Positions 37,532-47,088 of a DNA stretch of 64,000 bases are shown here, one piece after another (position 1 is the stretch's first letter; the number at the start of each line of letters is the position of its first letter). This stretch comes from an uncultured Oscillospiraceae bacterium (GTDB lineage: Bacteria > Bacillota > Clostridia > Oscillospirales > Ruminococcaceae). The translations under genes were made by a program, and so were the position numbers. The notes under the pieces were generated by a model, which did no database searches, was not told the origin of the DNA, and was given only the letters and a program-made list of their open reading frames with translations. Location: the NCBI GenBank assembly GCA_964541045.1, contig CAZIOV010000001.1, positions 43,599 to 107,598 of the forward strand, read 5' to 3'.

Positions 37532-38716
37532 ATGACTGAATGTAAAAGAGTATCTGTCCTTGGCTCAACAGGCTCTATCGGAGTTCAGGCGCTTGATGTT
37601 ATAAAAAGGCGCGGAATGTCAGTTGCTGCTCTAGCGGCAAAGTCTAACGCTGATGGGCTTATATCACAGGCTAGGGAGTTTGTTCCTGATCTTGTCTGTA
37701 TCTATGACAGTGATAAAAAAGCGCTGGTAGAGGAGGAACTAAAGCCTGAAGGAATATCAGTAGTAAGCGGAATGGATGGTCTTTGTGAAATTGCTGAATA
37801 TGATAAGACGGATATATTATTGAATTCGGTTGTGGGAATGGTCGGGCTGAAGCCAACACTGTGTGCCATTTCAAAAGGAAAGAACATAGCTCTTGCAAAC
37901 AAAGAAACTCTTGTAACCGGTGGAAGGCTGGTTACTGAAAGTGCAAAATCGCATGGGGCTGTGATTTATCCTGTTGATAGCGAGCATTGTGCAATATTTC
38001 AGTCTCTTCAGGGAGGCTGCCGCTGTGATCTAAGCAAAATCATTCTTACAGCCTCCGGCGGACCTTTCTTTGGAAAAACCAAAACGGAGCTTTCGGGCGT
38101 TCGTGCAAAGGACGCTTTAAAGCACCCTACCTGGAAAATGGGTGCAAAAATCACTATAGATTCGGCTACGCTGATGAATAAGGGCCTTGAATTTATTGAG
38201 GCTATGTGGCTTTTTGAAGTCGGGCCGGAGCAGATAGAAATAGTAGTACACCGTGAAAGCGTTCTTCATTCCGCCGTGGAGTATAAAGACGGCTCTGTTA
38301 TCTGCCAGATGGGTGTTCCGGATATGAGAATACCGATTCAGTACGCTTTGTGCTGTCCTCAAAGGCCTGAATCTGGCGCAAGACACCTGTCGCTTACCGA
38401 TTACGGCTGCTTAACCTTCCAAAAACCCGATTATGACACGTTTGACTGTCTTTCCGCCTGCATAAAAGCTGCTCATAAGCAGGATACTACTATGGCGGCC
38501 ATAGCTAACGCCGCAAACGAAGTCGCTGTTGCTCACTTCTTGAATGACAGTATCGGATTTCTTGAAATCGGAAGCCTTGTCAAGTCAGCAATTGAAGATA
38601 TTGAATACCATGATGTAAACACACTTGGCGATGTCCTTAATGCTGATTCGGCTGCAAGGGCATATGTAGAGCAAAAGATTAGTTTGAATGCAAGCAAAAA
38701 TGCAAGCGCGAAATAA
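37532..38716 (+). CDS. dxr: 1-deoxy-D-xylulose 5-phosphate reductoisomerase
   Basis: VSVLGSTGSIG, LANKETLV, PVDSEHCAIFQ, LTASGGPF, HPTWKMG. The GTG at 37520 sits too close to the RBS. Confidence 0.93.
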   Translation: MTECKRVSVLGSTGSIGVQALDVIKRRGMSVAALAAKSNADGLISQAREFVPDLVCIYDSDKKALVEEELKPEGISVVSGMDGLCEIAEYDKTDILLNSVVGMVGLKPTLCAISKGKNIALANKETLVTGGRLVTESAKSHGAVIYPVDSEHCAIFQSLQGGCRCDLSKIILTASGGPFFGKTKTELSGVRAKDALKHPTWKMGAKITIDSATLMNKGLEFIEAMWLFEVGPEQIEIVVHRESVLHSAVEYKDGSVICQMGVPDMRIPIQYALCCPQRPESGARHLSLTDYGCLTFQKPDYDTFDCLSACIKAAHKQDTTMAAIANAANEVAVAHFLNDSIGFLEIGSLVKSAIEDIEYHDVNTLGDVLNADSAARAYVEQKISLNASKNASAK

Positions 38717-38731
38717 GAAAGGATAAATCCA

Positions 38732-39787
38732 TTGACTGTTGTATATATTCTTATTGCAATACTGATTTTCGGCATTATAATAATGATTCACGAGATGGGG
38801 CATTTTACGGTTGCCAAACTCTGCGGCATAAAGGTTAACGAGTTTGCCATCGGAATGGGCCCAAAAATTGTTTCATGGGGAAAGGGCGAAACAAAGTATT
38901 CCTGGCGCGCTCTGCCTATAGGCGGATTCGTTTCTATGGAAGGGGAGGACGATGATAGCTCTGATCCGCGTGCCTTCCGTCATAAAAAAGTGTGGCAAAG
39001 GCTTTTGGTAGTGCTTGCCGGTGCGTTCATGAATCTTGTTTTGGGATTTGTAATTCTTCTGATAGTGACCTCATGCTCTGACGCTGTTGTTTCTACAACT
39101 GTAGCTGATTTTTACTCTGAAGATGCCGTGTCGCATCTCAGCGGTCTCGAAGCCGGCGATAGGATTATAAAAATCAACGGTATGAGCGTTTACACCGATA
39201 TGGATATTTCATATCAGTTTCAAATCGATGAGGATGCTGTATTTGAAATGACAGTTGTCAGAAACGGCCAGAAAGTGGTTTTACCGGCGGTTAAATTTGA
39301 TTTGACCGATGTTGGTGACGGTTCAAGAGCGATTCATATTGATTTCAGAGTCGTTGGAGAAAATGTTACTCCGGCGTCTGTTATCAGCTACTCATCGCGA
39401 AAGTTTGTTTCGGTTGCCAGGATGATATGGCTTTCGCTTGCTGACCTTGTAAAGGGCAAGTATTCGATTAACGATCTTTCAGGCCCTGTGGGAATAGTCG
39501 ACGCTATCGGAAAGGTCGTCGGCGAAACTCAACAGGGAATAGCCTTTGGCGAAATGCTTGCAAACCTTTGCTCCTTTGTTGTATTTATAACCATCAATGT
39601 TGGAATATTCAATCTTCTTCCAATACCTGCGCTTGACGGCGCAAGGGCTGTGTTCCTTATCATTGAAGGAATCAGGCGGAAGCCTATAAAACCGGAGCAC
39701 GAGGGAATGGTTCATTTTATCGGCATGGTTGCTTTGCTTATACTAATGCTTATAGTGACTGTTAGCGACGTCTTAAAACTGTTTTAA
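38732..39787 (+). CDS. rseP: RIP metalloprotease RseP (site-2 protease)
   Basis: HEMGHF zinc motif, PDZ-like middle region, NLLPIPALDG. Confidence 0.9.
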   Translation: MTVVYILIAILIFGIIIMIHEMGHFTVAKLCGIKVNEFAIGMGPKIVSWGKGETKYSWRALPIGGFVSMEGEDDDSSDPRAFRHKKVWQRLLVVLAGAFMNLVLGFVILLIVTSCSDAVVSTTVADFYSEDAVSHLSGLEAGDRIIKINGMSVYTDMDISYQFQIDEDAVFEMTVVRNGQKVVLPAVKFDLTDVGDGSRAIHIDFRVVGENVTPASVISYSSRKFVSVARMIWLSLADLVKGKYSINDLSGPVGIVDAIGKVVGETQQGIAFGEMLANLCSFVVFITINVGIFNLLPIPALDGARAVFLIIEGIRRKPIKPEHEGMVHFIGMVALLILMLIVTVSDVLKLF

Positions 39788-39799
39788 AGGAATGATAAT

Positions 39800-40834
39800 A
39801 TGAAGGTCAAATCCGTAAAGCTTAAAAACCTTACATTTGACGGCAAGCATATATATGTTCAGTCAATGCTTAATACCAGATCAGACGATATTGCCGGAAG
39901 TGTAGAACAGGCTGAAGCTCTTGAAAAGGCAGGCTGCGAGATAATAAGGGCGGCCATCCCTGATGAAGCGGCCTTGAGGCTTATTCCTGCAATCAAGGAA
40001 AGAGTCAGTATTCCGCTTGTTGCGGATATTCATTTTGATTATCGCCTTGCTTTGGCTGCGGTAGAGAGAGGAGCTGATAAGATTCGTATAAACCCGGGGA
40101 ATATAGGTTCGCAGGATAGGGTAAAAGCGGTTGCAGATTGCTGCCGCCTGCATGGAATTCCGATAAGAATTGGCGTAAACTCCGGCTCTCTGGGAAAGGA
40201 TATCCTTGCTAAATACGGTTCGCCAACGCCGTTGGCTCTGTGCGAAAGTGCAATTGATCATATAAGACTTTTGGAAAGATACGACTTTGACGACATAGTT
40301 GTTTCTATAAAATCTTCAGATGTTTCTAATAATATCGCAGCGTACCGCCTGATGCGCGAGATGTGCCCATATCCTCTTCATCTGGGCGTTACCGAGGCTG
40401 GTACATATAACATGGGGCTTATAAAATCTGCCATAGGTATAGGTTCGCTTCTGTGCGACGGCATTGGAGAGACTATTAGGGTTTCTCTGACCGACGATCC
40501 CATGAAGGAAGTCAAGGCCGGGATAGATATTCTTAAAGCTGTAGGAAAGCGTAGGGGCGTAAGGCTTGTTTCCTGCCCCACCTGTGGCAGGACAAGAATA
40601 GATCTTATCGGGTTGGCGAAAAAGGTTGAGGATGCCATTTCATCGGTTGACAAGGATATAACGGTAGCTGTCATGGGCTGCGTTGTAAACGGACCGGGAG
40701 AGGCAAGGGAAGCCGATATCGGACTTGCTGGGGGAGACGGATGCGTAGTAATTTTCAAGAAGGACAATGTAATAGGCAAGTATACAGAGGATCAGGCACT
40801 TAAAGCACTGCTTGCCGAGATAGAAAAGCTTTAA
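39800..40834 (+). CDS. ispG: 4-hydroxy-3-methylbut-2-en-1-yl diphosphate synthase (flavodoxin)
   Basis: VQSMLNT, RINPGNIG, SCPTCGRT, MGCVVNGPGE. Confidence 0.94.
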   Translation: MKVKSVKLKNLTFDGKHIYVQSMLNTRSDDIAGSVEQAEALEKAGCEIIRAAIPDEAALRLIPAIKERVSIPLVADIHFDYRLALAAVERGADKIRINPGNIGSQDRVKAVADCCRLHGIPIRIGVNSGSLGKDILAKYGSPTPLALCESAIDHIRLLERYDFDDIVVSIKSSDVSNNIAAYRLMREMCPYPLHLGVTEAGTYNMGLIKSAIGIGSLLCDGIGETIRVSLTDDPMKEVKAGIDILKAVGKRRGVRLVSCPTCGRTRIDLIGLAKKVEDAISSVDKDITVAVMGCVVNGPGEAREADIGLAGGDGCVVIFKKDNVIGKYTEDQALKALLAEIEKL

Positions 40835-40852
40835 AATTTCAAGGAGAATCAG

Positions 40853-43800
40853 ATGGCAATAAAAACGGTAGCTGATTTTTTCAGCGCATATGAAAATATA
40901 ATACCGCAGTCCTGCGCCGGCGGTGAAATACTGCGCTTTGGCTTTTCCAAGGATAATACGTCGTTGGCTATAGAAGTAAAATTTTCCGAGCTTATCTCAA
41001 TGGATGACTTAAAGCTTTTCGCGGCAGGGCTGAAAACCGCTCTCGGAATAAGCGAGGTTTACATAGCCCCAAAGTATTCTGCGGAACTTTTCAGCTGTGA
41101 AGCAATTCCTTTCGTCATAGATGAGCTTAAGCGCCGCTGCCCGGTGAATGGATTCTTTGAAAATGCCGAATACAGTATTGATGACGATGTTATTAAGATA
41201 AACCTAAAAAACGGCGGAGAATCGATTCTGAAGCGTTCTGGCGTTGAGGATGCCATACCTAGGATAATAGCTAAATGGTTTGGTCTTAATTATCGCATTG
41301 AGCTTGGCGGAAATCTTAGCGTTGATTGCGAATCAATAGAGAGCGAGCGCGTTGAGACTCTTTGCAAAATGGCTCCGCCTCCGCCGCCTCCGCCATCTTC
41401 AAGTTGTCTGCCGTCAAAGCCAGCTCCTGCGGATTTTGGCGGATATAGTATTCAGCTGCCAACTGATGATATTTTTCCTGACGCCACTATTGTTATGGGC
41501 AGGGCAATTACAGGCGTTTCTGAAATAACAAGTCTTGCAGAGCTTAACGAGCAGTCAGGCAAAGTAACTGTAGTCGGAGACGTTGTAAGTGCAGATTCAA
41601 GAACTACAAAAGACGGAAAAAGGATGATTTTAACCGTAATCATAACCGATTATTCAAGCTCAATGTCGGTTAAGATAATAGAGATGGTCGCAAAGGCAGA
41701 AGCAATTTTAGAGGTCATTAAGTCTGGCAAGACTGTCGCGGTAAACGGTGAGGTAGTATTTGATACATATGATAATGAAATCAATATTAAGCCCAAAGAT
41801 ATAAGCCTTGTAAAGCGCAAAAAGAAGGTAGACGAAGCCCCGGTAAAGCGCGTTGAGCTTCATTGCCACACAAATATGTCCACTATGGATGGCATTACGC
41901 CATCAAATCTGATAGTTCGTCAGGCTTTTGACTGGGGAATGAGAGCTCTTGCCATAACCGATCATGGCGTGTGCCAGAGCTTTCCGGACGCTATGTACGA
42001 GGTTGACAACATACGCAAGGGCGGCGGCGAATTTAAGGTCATCTACGGCGTAGAAGCCTATCAGGTCAACGATGAAACCAACATCGTTTTTGGTTCTGAC
42101 CCGCGAAGCCTTAAGGATGAGTTTATTGTGTTTGACCTTGAAACAACCGGTCTTTCCGCCGCAAATGAGCGAATTATAGAAATAGGTGCGGTCAAGGTTA
42201 AGAGTTTGGACGTCGTCGACAAGATGGATATTTTTGTTAATCCGGAAAAGCCTATTCCAGCGCGGATTATTGAACTTACCGGCATAACTGACTCCATGGT
42301 AAAGTACGCCTGCTCCGAGGAAGAAGCAATCAAAAAGTTTATTTCTTTCTGCGGCGAGAAAAATCCTGTGCTTGTCGCGCACAACGCCGGCTTTGATACG
42401 TCCTTTATTCGAGCGGCAGTAAAAAGGCTTGGAATGGTGTTCGATTTTGCCTATATCGACACTGTTGCAATGTCAAGGAACATGCTTCCTGTTCTGGGCA
42501 AGTTCACTCTTGACAATGTCGCAAAGCATCTTGGCTTAGGCGATTTTAACCATCACCGTGCCTGCGATGATGCCAATATCAACGCTGGAATATTTATCAA
42601 GCTTGCGAGAAGGCTTTTGGAAAACGATGAGAAGCTTACCGTTGATGAAATCAACTCTACACTTCCTAAGACGGATATTTCCAAACTGCCGTCATTTCAC
42701 CAGATAATTATCGCAAAGAATAAGACTGGCCTAAAAAATCTATACAAGCTTGTATCATATTCAAACCTTAAATACTATCACAAGAACCCGCGAATACCAA
42801 AGTCTGAGCTTATCAAGCACAGAGATGGACTTATAGTGGGCTCCGCGTGCGAGGCTGGGGAGCTTTTCAGAGCAGTATTTCAGGGCAAGCCATGGGACGA
42901 GCTGTGCGAGATTGCCCGCTTCTATGACTATCTGGAAATTCAGCCTCTGGGTAATAATATGTTCATGCTCCGTGATGGAAGCGTTTCATCCATAGAGGAG
43001 CTTCAGAACTTCAACCGCACTATTGTAAAGCTCGGTGAAGAGCTTGGAATACCTGTTGTAGCAACCGGAGATGTTCACTTCTTAAATAAGAGCGACGGTA
43101 TTTTCAGAAGCATACTAACCTCAGTAATGTACGAGGATTCTGATGTTCAGGCTCCGCTGTATCTTAAAACCACCAATGAAATGCTCGAGGAGTTTGCATA
43201 TCTTGGAAAAGAAAAGGCTTACGAGGTAGTTGTAACAAACTCAAACCTCATAGCCGATATGACAGACCCTGAGCTGCGCGCGTTCCCCAAAGGCACATTC
43301 ACTCCGCATATCGACGGAGCGGATGAAGAACTTACGGAAATCTGCTGGCGCAGAGCAAAGGAAATCTATGGCGACCCGATGCCGGATATAGTATCTCAGC
43401 GTCTTGACAAGGAGCTTACATCAATAATAAAGCACGGTTTTGCGGTATTGTATGTTATTGCAAAAAGACTTGTTGCAAACTCGGTTGAGCACGGCTATCA
43501 GGTCGGCTCGCGTGGTTCGGTTGGTTCTTCGTTTGTTGCCTCAATGGCGGGCATTTCTGAGGTCAACCCGCTTGTGCCTCATTATGTCTGCAAAAAGTGT
43601 AAATATTCTGAATTCTTCACCAAAGGCGAGGTTGGCTCCGGCTTCGATCTGCCGCCGAAAAAATGCCCTAACTGCGGCGAGGACTTGCATAGAGACGGCC
43701 ATGATATTCCGTTTGAAACATTCCTTGGTTTCAATGGCGATAAGTCTCCAGATATCGACCTTAACTTCTCTGGTGACTATCAGTCGAGGGCACATAAGTA

Positions 43801-45178
43801 CACAGAAGAGCTGTTTGGCTCTGACAACGTTTTCAAGGCGGGAACAATTTCCACTGTTGCCGATAAGACCGCTTACGGCTATGTTATGAAGTACCTAGAA
43901 GAGCACGGCAAAAAAGTTCATTCTGCGGAGGTAGCGCGGCTTACAAAGGGCTGCACTGGTATAAAAAGAACCACCGGCCAGCACCCTGGCGGAATGGTGG
44001 TTATTCCCAGCGATTATGAAGTTTATGACTTCACTCCTGTTCAGCACCCAGCCGAAAAGACCGATTCTGATATAGTCACCACTCATTTTGACTTTAACTC
44101 TCTGCACGATACCATTCTCAAACTCGATGAGCTTGGCCATGATGTTCCTACGCTGTATAAATATCTTGAGGATATGACCGGAACGGTAATAACCGAGACG
44201 CCCATGAGTGATCCGGCAGTATATTCGCTGTTCACCTCTCCTGAAGCTTTAGGTGTAACCGCCGAGGAAATTGACAGTCAAACCGGAACACTGGGCATTC
44301 CTGAGATGGGAACACCATTTGTGCGTGGGATGCTTCTTGAATGTAAGCCTACAAAATTCTCTGACCTTTTACAGATTTCAGGGCTTTCCCACGGCACCAA
44401 TGTCTGGCTGGGAAACGCCTCTGAGCTTATCAAAAACGGCACCTGCACCATTGACCAAGTTATAGGAACAAGAGACTCTATTATGACCTATCTCATCTAC
44501 CATGGCGTAGACCCAAGCCTTTCTTTTAAGATAATGGAAATAGTGCGTAAGGGAAATGCCCCAAAACTCTTGACTGATGAAATGAAGCAGACTATGCGCG
44601 AACACGATGTTCCGGAATGGTATATCGACAGCTGCATGAAGATTAAATACATGTTCCCAAAGGCTCATGCGGCGGCGTATGTAATCGCCGCCATAAGACT
44701 TGCATGGTACAAGGTTCATAAGCCGCTGCCATTCTACGCCGCGCTTTTCACGGTCCGCGGCGAGGATTTCGACGCAGAAACAGCTGTCAGAGGAAAGCTT
44801 GCGGCACGATATAAAATCGACGAATACAAGCAAAAGGGCAACGACCGCTCCGACAAGGAGGACGGCGTTTTAGATACTCTTCTTATAATAAATGAAATGC
44901 TCTGCCGGGGATATGAGTTTCTGCCTATTGACATTCACAAATCACATGCAACCATATACCAGATTGAGGACGGCAAAATTCGCCTGCCTTTTGTTTCCAT
45001 GAGTGGAGTGGGAGAGAGTGCTGCGAAATCAATATATAACTGTGCACAGTCCGGCGACTTCATTTCAGTTGAGGAATTTCAAATGCAGGCCGGTGTTTCA
45101 AAGTCTGTTACAGACGCTTTAGTTGGCATGGGCGCCTTCGGAGATATGCCGCTTACTTCGCAGATGACGTTGTTCTGA
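40853..45178 (+). CDS. polC: DNA polymerase III PolC-type alpha subunit
   Basis: 1441 aa. PHP domain ([10 protein letters not shown]), 3'-5' exonuclease ([15 protein letters not shown]), Zn module CKKC...CPNCG, polymerase core. Confidence 0.97.
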   Translation: MAIKTVADFFSAYENIIPQSCAGGEILRFGFSKDNTSLAIEVKFSELISMDDLKLFAAGLKTALGISEVYIAPKYSAELFSCEAIPFVIDELKRRCPVNGFFENAEYSIDDDVIKINLKNGGESILKRSGVEDAIPRIIAKWFGLNYRIELGGNLSVDCESIESERVETLCKMAPPPPPPPSSSCLPSKPAPADFGGYSIQLPTDDIFPDATIVMGRAITGVSEITSLAELNEQSGKVTVVGDVVSADSRTTKDGKRMILTVIITDYSSSMSVKIIEMVAKAEAILEVIKSGKTVAVNGEVVFDTYDNEINIKPKDISLVKRKKKVDEAPVKRVELHCHTNMSTMDGITPSNLIVRQAFDWGMRALAITDHGVCQSFPDAMYEVDNIRKGGGEFKVIYGVEAYQVNDETNIVFGSDPRSLKDEFIVFDLETTGLSAANERIIEIGAVKVKSLDVVDKMDIFVNPEKPIPARIIELTGITDSMVKYACSEEEAIKKFISFCGEKNPVLVAHNAGFDTSFIRAAVKRLGMVFDFAYIDTVAMSRNMLPVLGKFTLDNVAKHLGLGDFNHHRACDDANINAGIFIKLARRLLENDEKLTVDEINSTLPKTDISKLPSFHQIIIAKNKTGLKNLYKLVSYSNLKYYHKNPRIPKSELIKHRDGLIVGSACEAGELFRAVFQGKPWDELCEIARFYDYLEIQPLGNNMFMLRDGSVSSIEELQNFNRTIVKLGEELGIPVVATGDVHFLNKSDGIFRSILTSVMYEDSDVQAPLYLKTTNEMLEEFAYLGKEKAYEVVVTNSNLIADMTDPELRAFPKGTFTPHIDGADEELTEICWRRAKEIYGDPMPDIVSQRLDKELTSIIKHGFAVLYVIAKRLVANSVEHGYQVGSRGSVGSSFVASMAGISEVNPLVPHYVCKKCKYSEFFTKGEVGSGFDLPPKKCPNCGEDLHRDGHDIPFETFLGFNGDKSPDIDLNFSGDYQSRAHKYTEELFGSDNVFKAGTISTVADKTAYGYVMKYLEEHGKKVHSAEVARLTKGCTGIKRTTGQHPGGMVVIPSDYEVYDFTPVQHPAEKTDSDIVTTHFDFNSLHDTILKLDELGHDVPTLYKYLEDMTGTVITETPMSDPAVYSLFTSPEALGVTAEEIDSQTGTLGIPEMGTPFVRGMLLECKPTKFSDLLQISGLSHGTNVWLGNASELIKNGTCTIDQVIGTRDSIMTYLIYHGVDPSLSFKIMEIVRKGNAPKLLTDEMKQTMREHDVPEWYIDSCMKIKYMFPKAHAAAYVIAAIRLAWYKVHKPLPFYAALFTVRGEDFDAETAVRGKLAARYKIDEYKQKGNDRSDKEDGVLDTLLIINEMLCRGYEFLPIDIHKSHATIYQIEDGKIRLPFVSMSGVGESAAKSIYNCAQSGDFISVEEFQMQAGVSKSVTDALVGMGAFGDMPLTSQMTLF

Positions 45179-45185
45179 TGCTTGA

Positions 45186-45467
45186 TTATTTTGCGATGAG
45201 CTTGTTTTCATCTTCTTTTCTTGCATAGCTGGCATCTGAGGTTATAAGTATTGCGTCCCTGCCTATAAGGTCTATATCGCTGTATTTTATAACGATATCG
45301 CTGTCTCTGCCCATCAGACCGAAAAGCTTGGGACGGCCATATACTATAACAGCGTCGATAGAGGAATCGTCGGTGTTGATTTCGACGTCGTCTATCCTGC
45401 CAAGCATTATTCCAGTTTTGGTTTCAACCACTTCCTTGTTTCGAAGTTCGGACAATGTGTATTTCAA
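45186..45467 (-). CDS. ymxH: YlmC/YmxH-family sporulation protein (PRC-barrel)
   Basis: LSELRNKEVVETKTGIMLGRIDDVEINTDDSSIDAVIVYG. The TTG at 45467 follows GAGGTGA. The longer ATG at 45485 lies inside the RBS region. Confidence 0.8.
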   Translation of the reverse strand: MKYTLSELRNKEVVETKTGIMLGRIDDVEINTDDSSIDAVIVYGRPKLFGLMGRDSDIVIKYSDIDLIGRDAILITSDASYARKEDENKLIAK

Positions 45468-45542
45468 AAAAATCACCTCAATCATTTTTATGACTGAGGT
45501 GATAATACTATTCGTTGATTAACGCTGGTGGCAGCAAAAGCG

Positions 45543-46307
45543 TCAGCTTTGGGAGCAGTTTGACGAGATATCCTCAAGGCTCTTTGGGAAGAATTCGCTT
45601 GAGGGGAAGTTGATTTTTTCAAACAGCTCACATGGACTTTCAGTGCTGGAAACGCATTCTTTGTTAGGAACTGCATAGTCGTAGGCAGGAACCATAACCG
45701 GAACCGTTCTTGCCAAAGACACAATCGAGAACACGCCCAAAGTGATATAAATCATCTTTCTTCCCGATGATACTACAGCTTCGGCGCTGTTGGGGTCTAC
45801 GCAACAGTTCATTGCCGGTATGCTTACCAAGCGGATGTTTAACACAATTGGGTCGGCAACTGCAAGGGTCGCCTTGGGTGGATTCTGGTAAGAGCATCCG
45901 TTTTGCGATACTGCGCCGTTTTCATTCGAGGTGAAGTACTTGGTCCCGCCGTCCGAGCCGTAAAGAATGACCTTCTTTGTAAAGGTTGCAGTTCCATGTA
46001 CAGTGCTTGCCGGCGATGTGTTTGAAACGGCAAGCTCGATTTCAACATCGAAGGTGTAAGTAATGTCTACCGAATAGAAGCCTTTGTTGAAGGGTATCGG
46101 CTCTGTTGAGAAGAACACGCTTGTTACTTCTGCGCATTTTGCTTTTGCATAGGTTGCTTCGTTTACAAGACTGTTTGACTCGTAATCCGGGAAGGTAACT
46201 TCAAGATCCTCAAGGCAGTCTCTGTCTGAACAGCTGTCAAATATCCGCTGTGCTTCTATAGTCACAGCTTCCTTGAAGCCGCATGGATTTGTTCCGAAAT
46301 CAGCCAT
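45543..46307 (-). CDS. Uncharacterised 254-aa cysteine-containing protein
   Basis: TAGGAGGA RBS 6 nt before the ATG at 46307. No signal peptide or TM helix. N-terminal CGFKEAVTIEAQRIFDSCSDRDCLEDL. Family not recognised. Confidence 0.6.
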   Translation of the reverse strand: MADFGTNPCGFKEAVTIEAQRIFDSCSDRDCLEDLEVTFPDYESNSLVNEATYAKAKCAEVTSVFFSTEPIPFNKGFYSVDITYTFDVEIELAVSNTSPASTVHGTATFTKKVILYGSDGGTKYFTSNENGAVSQNGCSYQNPPKATLAVADPIVLNIRLVSIPAMNCCVDPNSAEAVVSSGRKMIYITLGVFSIVSLARTVPVMVPAYDYAVPNKECVSSTESPCELFEKINFPSSEFFPKSLEDISSNCSQS

Positions 46308-46569
46308 ATTGATCCTCCTAAATAAGTATTAAAGTTGTTAAACTTCTATACATACTATTCATTCATGTAAAAATAAGTGACAAAGTTTATAAAAATGCGA
46401 AGCCCGATATGAAATTCCTGTGCTTGATATTCTATACTGCCTTAAGTTTATCGTCTTGGCAAAAGGCAAATGTAGATATGAAGCGGCTTAATCAAATGTA
46501 ATTCTAAAATTTCTATAAGCTGAGATAAGCATGAAAAGCAAAAATACCTACAAATTGTAGCTATACTAC

Positions 46570-46598
46570 TTGTAATTCACAATTTTTCGTGGTATAAT
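46570..46598 (+). promoter_or_regulatory. Sigma-A promoter candidate for ylbF-like/mutS
   Basis: TTGTAA (46570-46575), 17-nt spacer ending in TGG, TATAAT (46593-46598). Confidence 0.55.
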
Positions 46599-46651
46599 AT
46601 TTTTAATTGTTGATTATGTCATCAATAAATTATATTTTAGGAGAAAATGCT

Positions 46652-47059
46652 ATGGATGTTATTTCACTGGCTCGCGAGCTGGGCGCTGCTGTTCAGGCTG
46701 ATCCCAGATACTCAAGATATGTTCAAGCAAGAGATTTAAACGATAAGGATGAAGAGCTTCAGAAGCTCATCAATGAGTTTAACCTCGGCCGAATGCAGCT
46801 TAATCAGGAGATGTCCAGAAAAGAGAATAAGGACGATGCGAAGATTTCAGAGCTGAATCAAAAGATAAGAGCTCTTTACGCTCAGATTATGACAAATAAG
46901 AATATGTCGGAGTACAATGAAGCCAAGGGCGAGATGGACAAAATGCTTGATCAGATAAACAACATCATAACCCTTAGTGCAAACGGCGATGATCCTATGA
47001 CCTGCCCGGCTGAACATCAGTGCAGCGGCAGCTGTGCCACATGCGGCGGTTGCCACTAA
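46652..47059 (+). CDS. YlbF/YmcA-family regulatory protein with C-terminal Cys cluster
   Basis: MDVISLARELGAAVQADPRYSRYVQA...LQKLINEFN is the helical YlbF pattern. The C-terminus reads CPAEHQCSGSCATCGGCH. AGGAGAAAA RBS. Confidence 0.7.
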   Translation: MDVISLARELGAAVQADPRYSRYVQARDLNDKDEELQKLINEFNLGRMQLNQEMSRKENKDDAKISELNQKIRALYAQIMTNKNMSEYNEAKGEMDKMLDQINNIITLSANGDDPMTCPAEHQCSGSCATCGGCH

Positions 47060-47088
47060 ACAATTAAGATGATTAGGAGTGAGTTCTG

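Noticed and set aside
41373-41400. Short tandem CCG/CCT repeat in polC.
   Set aside because: It simply encodes a poly-proline linker (PPPPPPPSS) in frame within polC. It is not an independent repeat element.
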